A stretch of 32,000 bases of DNA from Chlamydiales bacterium (GTDB lineage Bacteria; Chlamydiota; Chlamydiia; Chlamydiales; SM23-39). Made by a program: the position numbers and the translations under genes. The notes beneath the pieces are model-generated. The model made no database searches. It saw only the letters and a program-made list of their open reading frames with translations, and had not been told where the DNA came from. Positions 24,754-31,575 of the stretch are shown piece by piece. The stretch spans positions 600,001 through 632,000 of the forward strand of contig OZ253438.1 in the NCBI GenBank assembly GCA_965261025.1, read 5' to 3'. Position 1 is the stretch's first letter. Every line of letters starts with the position of its first letter.

Positions 24754-25468
24754 GAAAACGATCTCTTTTGCTTTAGAAAACATTCATTTTTCCCTATTCC
24801 CAGGAGAAACCCTAGCCATAGTAGGAGAGTCTGGCTCTGGCAAAAGTACACTCGGAAAACTTATCTTGGGTTTTCTTAAACCCCTCTCTGGGGAAATTCT
24901 TTTTGAAGGAAAGGACAGGCAAACTTTTTCTTCAAAAGAAAGGCTACAGTTTCGACAAAAAGTGCAGGTAATCTTTCAAAATCCTTCTTCCTCTTTAAGT
25001 CCTAAAAAAACAGTAGAAGAGCTTTTAGAAGAGCCCTTTTTGATCCATAAAAAGGTCTTTTCTCCTAAGCAGATTGACTCCCTTCTAGAAATGGTCTTGC
25101 TTCCCAGATCTGTTAAAAAAAAATATCCCCACGAATTTAGTGGGGGACAAAAACAAAGAATTGCTATTGCCAGAGCATTAGCTTTACAGCCTAAATTTAT
25201 CCTATGCGATGAGGCACTTTCTGCTTTAGATGTCTCTGTACAAGCGCAAATTCTTTCTCTTTTAGTGGATCTAAAGAAAGAAAAGAAGTTCTCTTATCTT
25301 TTCATCACACACAGCCTAGCAGAGGTAAATTACTTAGCCGACACAGTTTTAGTTCTACAAAAAGGAAGACAAGTAGAGTTTACTGATAAAGAAAGCTTAT
25401 TTACCGAGCCCAAGAATCTTTACACAAAAAACCTCTTGGAAGCCTCTCAATTCTTAAAAAACTTTTAA
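24704..25468 (+). CDS. oppF: oligopeptide ABC transporter ATP-binding protein (OppF type), short form
   Basis: 254 aa. It has Walker A GESGSGKST, FSGGQKQRIAIARAL, ILCDEALSALD and the H-loop THS. The canonical N-terminus LEVKNL..F supports the start at 24704, although that start lies 50 nt inside oppD. Confidence 0.88.
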   Translation: MKPFLEVKNLSHRFFFKKTISFALENIHFSLFPGETLAIVGESGSGKSTLGKLILGFLKPLSGEILFEGKDRQTFSSKERLQFRQKVQVIFQNPSSSLSPKKTVEELLEEPFLIHKKVFSPKQIDSLLEMVLLPRSVKKKYPHEFSGGQKQRIAIARALALQPKFILCDEALSALDVSVQAQILSLLVDLKKEKKFSYLFITHSLAEVNYLADTVLVLQKGRQVEFTDKESLFTEPKNLYTKNLLEASQFLKNF

Positions 25469-25469
25469 A

Positions 25470-26390
25470 TTACCGTAAAATAGGAAGAGAAAACGTGATA
25501 TTTTCTTCGGTAAAAAATACCTCTTCCACCTCTTCTATTCCTAGAGATTGTAAATAAAAGATAGACCTTTGCACATATTCCTCAGGAGTAGAAGCGCCGG
25601 CTGTAAGCCCTATACAAGTGGCTTTTGCTACCCAAGAAGGGTCTATTTCCTTCTCTGAATGAACCAGATAGGCGGGAATCGTCTTATTTTGGGCTACCTC
25701 TCTTAAACGATTTGAATTAGAACTTGTAGGATCTCCTACTACAATTACTACATCCACTCTGTCCAAAATAGAGCCAAGCGCCCTTTGTCTGTTCGTCGTA
25801 GCATAACAGATAGAAGAAGAAGGAATTGTTTCAATTCTAGGGAATCTTCTTCGAAGCTCTTCTACCATATCTTTGACCTCCTCAAGAGAAAGTGTGGTTT
25901 GTGTCAAATAACAAAGCTTTTTTTCTTTAGAAAAAGGCAGTTTTTTTATCTCTTCTACCGTCTCTACTACTGTGGTAACCTCGGGAGCTTCTCCCAAAGT
26001 ACCTATAGTCTCAACATGATTTTTATGCCCAATTAAAAGGATATGATACCCCTTTGCTGCATACCTTTTTGCGGCAGAGTGGACTTTCGTTACCAGCCCG
26101 CAAGTTGCGTCTATCTCTATTAATCCTCTTTTCTTAGCTTCTTCTCGTACCTTAGGAGACACCCCATGAGCAGAATAAATAAGCCTACTCCCTACAGGGA
26201 TTTTTTGAAGATCCTCTACAAAGACAGCTCCCTTTTTTTTCAAGCTATCCACTACATGTTGATTATGAACAATTTCATGCTTTACATAGATAGGAGCCCC
26301 CCACATAAAAAGGGCTTTTTCCACGGTTTGAATCGCCCTTTCTACTCCAGCACAAAATCCTCTAGGAGAACATAGTAAAATCTTTCTCAT
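25470..26390 (-). CDS. ispH: 4-hydroxy-3-methylbut-2-enyl diphosphate reductase (IspH/LytB)
   Basis: The N-terminus MRKILLCSPRGFCAGVERAI is followed by HEIVHN..VV, SAHGV and later conserved Cys/His/Ser positions. I prefer the ATG at 26390. The tracked TTG at 26408 adds 6 residues. Confidence 0.93.
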   Translation of the reverse strand: MRKILLCSPRGFCAGVERAIQTVEKALFMWGAPIYVKHEIVHNQHVVDSLKKKGAVFVEDLQKIPVGSRLIYSAHGVSPKVREEAKKRGLIEIDATCGLVTKVHSAAKRYAAKGYHILLIGHKNHVETIGTLGEAPEVTTVVETVEEIKKLPFSKEKKLCYLTQTTLSLEEVKDMVEELRRRFPRIETIPSSSICYATTNRQRALGSILDRVDVVIVVGDPTSSNSNRLREVAQNKTIPAYLVHSEKEIDPSWVAKATCIGLTAGASTPEEYVQRSIFYLQSLGIEEVEEVFFTEENITFSLPILR

Positions 26391-26471
26391 GGAAGTTAAG
26401 GATAACAAAAAGAAAAATATCAGATCAAATATCTAAAAAATATTTATCTGAAAGATAGTTTTTTATATTAC

Positions 26472-27371
26472 CTATTTAATTCTTCTAAGTCTATCTTGGA
26501 AAAACTGGTATTCTTCTGGATGGTTTTCCTGCAAAAAAGTTTCGTATTCTCTCAAAGATTTCGAAGTTTCTTTGTAGAGAAAAGAAGCATCTGCTTGAGG
26601 TCTTTTAAAAAACTCTGCTAGATCTATCTCGAGAGCTTTTCCCTTGAAAAAGCCCATATTGTGCAAAGAATGTCTATTTTTATTACGGATTTTTTTTTGC
26701 GCTCTCTGGATTACCGCATCTAAAAGAGCTACTGAAATTTCTCTGATTTGCTCTTTAGAGGCCTTTGGTAAAATATCTGCCAAAAGCTCCGCCTTTTTTT
26801 GCAATACGAAGTAAGTATTATTGAGAAAAATCCTTTTTTCCCTTCCTAGAGAATCTATTAAAAAAGTCTGAGTGGGAAAATTATGTGTTTTCCCAAAATG
26901 AATACAGGCTACCTCTTGCTCTTCCACCATCTCTTCTCTTACTAAAAGAAGACTTTCCTTTATTTTTTCCAGAGCTTTTTTTCTTTTTTGCGCTAAAGCC
27001 TTTCCCCAAGAAAGCCGGGTATAGAACCAAGGCTTTTGTTGAAACTTATCCAGTCTTATAAACTTTAAGGCATACTGCTTATCCTTTGAAAGAAATACAA
27101 AACATTGCTGTCCTTTCCCTAAAAAGGTAAATCCTTCTTCAAAAAGTTTATATAAATCCTCTAGGGAAAGTTCCTCGCTTAAGTAATATACTCCCTCGGT
27201 CTTTTTCTGAAAAAAATCTTCTTCCTCTTCCCAACCAGAAAGCACCGAATAAGTAGGAGCTACTTTAGTAATCCGAAACCCTTTTTGTAGAAAATACCAA
27301 CCTTTAACTATGAGACAGAGAAAAGCAAAAAGGAAAAAAAGTGAGAAGAAGCGCTTCAGGAAGGAAACCAT
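26472..27371 (-). CDS. membrane-anchored hypothetical protein, downstream paralogue of 27356-28261 (kinase-like motif order, NKN variant)
   Basis: 299 aa with an N-terminal hydrophobic anchor. It is clearly homologous to the upstream gene along its full length. Its ATG is embedded in the upstream gene's AAA-TGG, giving a 16-nt overlap. Confidence 0.6.
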   Translation of the reverse strand: MVSFLKRFFSLFFLFAFLCLIVKGWYFLQKGFRITKVAPTYSVLSGWEEEEDFFQKKTEGVYYLSEELSLEDLYKLFEEGFTFLGKGQQCFVFLSKDKQYALKFIRLDKFQQKPWFYTRLSWGKALAQKRKKALEKIKESLLLVREEMVEEQEVACIHFGKTHNFPTQTFLIDSLGREKRIFLNNTYFVLQKKAELLADILPKASKEQIREISVALLDAVIQRAQKKIRNKNRHSLHNMGFFKGKALEIDLAEFFKRPQADASFLYKETSKSLREYETFLQENHPEEYQFFQDRLRRIK

Positions 27372-28261
27372 TTTGCTACCTCTTCCTCAAGTACTTCTTG
27401 ATAGTCTTGCATAATTTCTGGGTAATTTTTTTCTAGGTAACAACGAAGAGGGCTCGTATAGGAATATAAATCAAAAGCTAGCTTTTTTCTGGTTTTTGCA
27501 GCAGAGACAACTGAATACCTTCCTACATCAATTTCCACAGCCTCAGAAAAACCAATGATCCCGTAGTTTTTGATCCAAGAATGGTCTTTATTTACGATTC
27601 CCTTTTGATGTCTCGAAGCAACTGTCTTAAAATAAGCCTTCATCACCTGTCTAAGAAGATCCCTTTTCTTTTCAGCCACTAGATTTTTTACTACAGAAGA
27701 AAAAAGGGAAGTCTTTTTTTGTAATAAAAACCCACATGTATTGAGATCCAAAGTAAAACTCCTACCTAGTCCATCTTTTATCCTTGCTTTGGGAAGACCT
27801 TCTGTTTTTACAAGATGCATATATAAAAGCCCTGTCTCTTCTTTTAATCTTTCAAAAGCTAAATGGTAGCTTTCCATCCAGCTTTGCAATTGCTTTTTTT
27901 TATTAAAAAGCCTCTGCTTTTTTTTGGGATCCCAAAATTTTAAGTAACGCAAAACATATAGAGAAAATCTTTTTTTTACCAAATGATAACGAAATAGTTT
28001 CAACACATATTTCCCATCCCTGCTAGAAAAAACATAAGACTGGCGCCCCTTGTCTAGGTAAAAAAAGGGTTGCTCTAGGACCTCTTTTATCCTACTCATT
28101 TCTTCTTCTGAAACAGAAGATTTCCACTGCTCCTTTTCAGGAATCACAAAGGCTATTTTTTGTAAACGAAATCCAGAATGGAAAAAATGCCATCCAAATC
28201 CCACAAAAAAGACCACAAAAATAATGCTGAAAAACCCCAAAGAAAGCTTTCTTATCTTCAT
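27356..28261 (-). CDS. membrane-anchored hypothetical protein, upstream paralogue (kinase-like motif order, NKD variant)
   Basis: 301 aa. It has a basic N-terminus plus an anchor (MKIRKLSLGFFSIIFVVFFVGFGW). Its motifs are DKGRQSYVF...KYVLK, MES, FLLQKK and GIVNKDHSWIKNYG...EIDVG. Confidence 0.6.
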   Translation of the reverse strand: MKIRKLSLGFFSIIFVVFFVGFGWHFFHSGFRLQKIAFVIPEKEQWKSSVSEEEMSRIKEVLEQPFFYLDKGRQSYVFSSRDGKYVLKLFRYHLVKKRFSLYVLRYLKFWDPKKKQRLFNKKKQLQSWMESYHLAFERLKEETGLLYMHLVKTEGLPKARIKDGLGRSFTLDLNTCGFLLQKKTSLFSSVVKNLVAEKKRDLLRQVMKAYFKTVASRHQKGIVNKDHSWIKNYGIIGFSEAVEIDVGRYSVVSAAKTRKKLAFDLYSYTSPLRCYLEKNYPEIMQDYQEVLEEEVAKWFPS

Positions 28262-28378
28262 AGAGCGCCTTGCAAAGTAATCCCTAAAACTACCATAAAA
28301 CTCGATTGAAAAAAAGACGGATAATTTTTATTTGACCAAAAGAATCAAGATAAAATAGTCTCTTTCCCAAAAAGGACT

Positions 28379-29287
28379 TTGACCTTGTTAGCTTTCATCT
28401 CTTCCTGCGTCCCATCTAAAGACAACTTCAAAACTCTTCCTCAAAATGCCCTTAGTTATGCAGGAATTTTTTTTCTCTTTCTTTTGCGTATTTTGCAAGC
28501 TATTGCAACATTTTTAGACTACCTTAGATTTCCTGGTAGAGACCTAGAAGAAAGAAAACTACAAGCGCTTGAGACAAAAAATGAGATTTTTAAAGAGCAA
28601 ACTCAACTTCTACAAACAATTAGCAACCAATTAGAAAAAATAGGAAACCAGCTATTAACTACTCCTTCCACGGCCTCCTTACATTCCCTCTATAGTAATA
28701 CTCGCTTCAATATTGCAGGTTCATCTGGGGAGAGTACCAGCGAATCTTCTTCCCCTAGAAATCCTTCATCCGACTATCTAGATTGCCAGGAAGAAATGAG
28801 AAAAAACATTGATACCTTGTACGAATATGCTAAGGCTAATTCTCCTCCAAAAAAGAATGACATATCATCTTTGCAGCAAAAACTAGAACCTCTTCATCCC
28901 CTGCGATTTCTGTATTTTGCTTTTTTTTACTCTTTTGATAAGTTCAAAAGTATTGGTGAATGTCTCTTCTACGCTGAAGGTAGATCAAAGCTAATGAAAA
29001 TAGAAACTATAAATTCTTGCATAGAGGGTTTTAAAAAAGAGTGGACCCTACAAGAAGGGACTCTCCTAAAGCAATTTTGTGAAAAAACAGGCTTGAGTGA
29101 GGAAACAGTACAGAGTCATATTGATCAGGCAAAAGGGCAAGCCCCCATACAAATGGAAAGAAGACCTACTTCAACTTTTGCTTATGTTACTTTTTTTTCG
29201 AATATAAATAAGATACCCTTACCAGAAGAGGGCGCAGGCGCTCTTTTAAAAGCTATCCTAGAGCTAAAAGGCAAAAAAAAATCTTAA
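28379..29287 (+). CDS. hypothetical protein (one hydrophobic segment, coiled-coil stretch, Ser-rich linker, HPLRF module)
   Basis: 302 aa from a TTG start; there is no in-frame ATG until far downstream. A TTG at 28385 has better spacing to AGGA. Features are the hydrophobic segment YAGIFFLFLLRILQAIATFL, heptad-like LEERKLQALETKNEIFKEQTQLLQTISNQLEKIGNQL and low-complexity SSGESTSESSSPRNPSS. Confidence 0.45.
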   Translation: MTLLAFISSCVPSKDNFKTLPQNALSYAGIFFLFLLRILQAIATFLDYLRFPGRDLEERKLQALETKNEIFKEQTQLLQTISNQLEKIGNQLLTTPSTASLHSLYSNTRFNIAGSSGESTSESSSPRNPSSDYLDCQEEMRKNIDTLYEYAKANSPPKKNDISSLQQKLEPLHPLRFLYFAFFYSFDKFKSIGECLFYAEGRSKLMKIETINSCIEGFKKEWTLQEGTLLKQFCEKTGLSEETVQSHIDQAKGQAPIQMERRPTSTFAYVTFFSNINKIPLPEEGAGALLKAILELKGKKKS

Positions 29288-29317
29288 AAAACGTAGTTCT
29301 TAATACTGAGGTAGAAC

Positions 29318-29857
29318 ATGACACTCCTAGAGGTAAATATAAAAGACTTCCCCAAACACCACCACTATTTAGCAAAAAGCCGCTACCTAAAGAAGGTTCC
29401 TTTAGTAGAAGCCTTTATTATCAAACCAAAACCAAAAACAAAAGGCCCTTCCTATAGTAAGCTAGAGTTTACCAAAGAAAACAAGGAAGCCATTCATATA
29501 ATTATCCAAACTATGGCAGAAAATAGCGTAGTAGGCTTACTCCCTAAGAAAAAAGAACTTACAGAGCTCGGGAATTCTATTTCTAACGTTCATCCTTTAA
29601 AATTCATAGAAACCATGTTTTCTTCAGAAGAGATGAAAGGCTGTGTCATAGAAATCTTTAAATCTTCTTTTAAAAGAAATCAACTCATGGGAGGTCTTTC
29701 AGGAAATTTAACAGTCAAATCCAAAATGAATGACCTCGACATTTATATAGAAGATTTTGCCAAAGCAATCTCTGTTCCAAAAGAAGAGCTTATAGCCTTT
29801 TTTGAAAGTAAAGACTGGGAAGGATTAGTTCGCTATCTTATGAACCGACAAGCTTGA
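29318..29857 (+). CDS. hypothetical protein with an HPLKF module, a distant paralogue of the C-terminal part of 28379-29287
   Basis: 179 aa with SD GAGGT. It shares ...[LV]HPL[RK]F[LI]....F and a downstream +.F.+..G/ISxxEE segment with the preceding gene. Confidence 0.5.
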   Translation: MTLLEVNIKDFPKHHHYLAKSRYLKKVPLVEAFIIKPKPKTKGPSYSKLEFTKENKEAIHIIIQTMAENSVVGLLPKKKELTELGNSISNVHPLKFIETMFSSEEMKGCVIEIFKSSFKRNQLMGGLSGNLTVKSKMNDLDIYIEDFAKAISVPKEELIAFFESKDWEGLVRYLMNRQA

Positions 29858-31165
29858 AGGAGCCATCCTCTTCTCTAAAGCTTTTTCTAGATGAGAAGAA
29901 AAGATATAAGGGGTTACCACTTCCGCTTCTTTTTTCCGAATCAGGTATAAAGCATTTCCCGACTCCCAACAGGGGATCCCTTTTAAAAGACTCTCTAATT
30001 CTTCCGTTTTATAAGAGATTTCTGAATGTATAAATGAAATACCCCGAGCTACAGCCAAAAGCTCCATAGAAGTTTGACCACCTGATCGGGTCAAGGTAAT
30101 GTCACTTCGAAAAAAAAGAGGGGCTATTACCTCGTCGGGTTGAAACGAAAGCGGGATTATGGTTAGATTAGAAGGAAAGTCTTTTTTCTTCGATACCTCC
30201 TTACAAACCATAGAAAAAAGCGTCTTCTTCTCGCTCGGAGAGTGGGGACAAAAAGAAGCCACATAGAGGTTTTTCTCTGGGAATTTCGAAGCTACTTCCA
30301 TAATAATCTTTAAATATTTGATCTTAGCCAAATAAGCAGACTGAGAACCCAAAAGCACCGTAATCAGTATGTCGGAAGGAGCAATCTCGAAACGAAATGA
30401 TCTTTGGGAAAAAAAGCCTATTTTTTTTCTCTTTTCTACAATCCTCTGAACTTCTTCTTTCTCCCTTTCCGAGGGAAAAGAAAAAGAGAAAGAAAAAGGA
30501 ACTTCTCTTCTTTTCCGCCTTTGATACTCTAAAAAAGGCTTCCGGATCACAAAATTTTGGTAGTTTACCTCTTCTTTAGAAAGCTTACAGTATTTTTCCC
30601 AAAACTCCCCTTCTGTTTTTTCCTCTTCTAGGAGAGGCTCTACTGTGATAAGCTTTAAATACTTCTGGTTTTTTTTTGAAAGTCTACGAATAGGGAATAA
30701 GATAGAACTGGCCTGCTTAGTAGGAAACTCTAACAAAATCTTTTCCAAAACAAGCTCTTTTTTCTGCCAAAAATTATACACCCGGATGGCTCTTATAATC
30801 CCTGCAGTTGCCAGAGGCTGTGTGTCAAAAACTCTATCAGGACTCTGCTTTTTTAAATGATATAAGGTCCAAAAAAAAACATAAGGCCAAAAAACTACAT
30901 CAAACCACTGCAGCTTGCTCGCCATCCATTCTAATCTTTTTGTACTTCCTCTTTTTTGATAGGTATTCCAAAAATGGGGAATAATCCTACCCAAAAAACT
31001 CAATCCTTGCAGTAAAAGATCTATCTTTGCAATTTTTGCCTTTGGATAATCCTCCTTAAGCTGCTGCTCTTTAGCAATAGCAGCCTGCAAATTTCCATTT
31101 CCTCCAGAAGTAGTAATCAATAAAAAGGAGTGCTCTTTTAAAGAAAGGCTGAGGTTTTCTTTCAT
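29825..31165 (-). CDS. divergent GT-B glycosyltransferase, UgtP/MGDG-synthase-like (GT28-related)
   Basis: 446 aa with SD AAAGGA. The N-terminal FLLITTSGGNGNLQAA corresponds to the (I)L.sggGGGH..AA motif. DRVFDTQPL corresponds to pD.vi.thP. The C-terminal DITLTRSGGQTSMELLA and GIPCWESGNALYL correspond to the ..K.GG.T..E.la and P.PGQE.gNa.yl motifs of UgtP/MGDG synthases. Confidence 0.55.
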   Translation of the reverse strand: MKENLSLSLKEHSFLLITTSGGNGNLQAAIAKEQQLKEDYPKAKIAKIDLLLQGLSFLGRIIPHFWNTYQKRGSTKRLEWMASKLQWFDVVFWPYVFFWTLYHLKKQSPDRVFDTQPLATAGIIRAIRVYNFWQKKELVLEKILLEFPTKQASSILFPIRRLSKKNQKYLKLITVEPLLEEEKTEGEFWEKYCKLSKEEVNYQNFVIRKPFLEYQRRKRREVPFSFSFSFPSEREKEEVQRIVEKRKKIGFFSQRSFRFEIAPSDILITVLLGSQSAYLAKIKYLKIIMEVASKFPEKNLYVASFCPHSPSEKKTLFSMVCKEVSKKKDFPSNLTIIPLSFQPDEVIAPLFFRSDITLTRSGGQTSMELLAVARGISFIHSEISYKTEELESLLKGIPCWESGNALYLIRKKEAEVVTPYIFSSHLEKALEKRMAPSSLSVHKIAN

Positions 31166-31174
31166 AGGTATCCT

Positions 31175-31573
31175 TTAAGCAGCAATAATCGCCCCCATAG
31201 CCACAAGATTCACAAACCAAAAAAAAGAGTCAATGAGAAAAAGCCTAACTCTCGCTTTTAACCATATAACAGGATACAAAAGAACAGGCGCTACCAAACC
31301 TATCCAAATCCCTACTCCTACATAAACTCCGTCTAAAGCAGAAGTTGCCCCCAAAAAGGCTAAGAAAACTGCTAAAAAAAAAGCTGTAACAAAAGAAAGA
31401 AGCACCGTAAGGACCCAAGAAAGCTTCCAAAGGGATCCCTTTCTAGAGTCAATACGATGCTCTTTTTTCCAAAGTTCTCCAAAAAGTAGAGAGGAATACC
31501 AGATCCCTCCTATTATACAAGAGGTTAAGGCAGCTACTAAAACAGTTAGTATATCAATATCTATGATTTCCAT
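31175..31573 (-). CDS. DUF1761-like small membrane protein
   Basis: 132 aa with 4 TM. The N-terminal pattern ...LVAAL...I.GG.WYS.LLFG..W.K is characteristic of DUF1761. It lies 9 nt upstream of the glycosyltransferase start. Confidence 0.6.
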   Translation of the reverse strand: MEIIDIDILTVLVAALTSCIIGGIWYSSLLFGELWKKEHRIDSRKGSLWKLSWVLTVLLSFVTAFFLAVFLAFLGATSALDGVYVGVGIWIGLVAPVLLYPVIWLKARVRLFLIDSFFWFVNLVAMGAIIAA

Positions 31574-31575
31574 TT

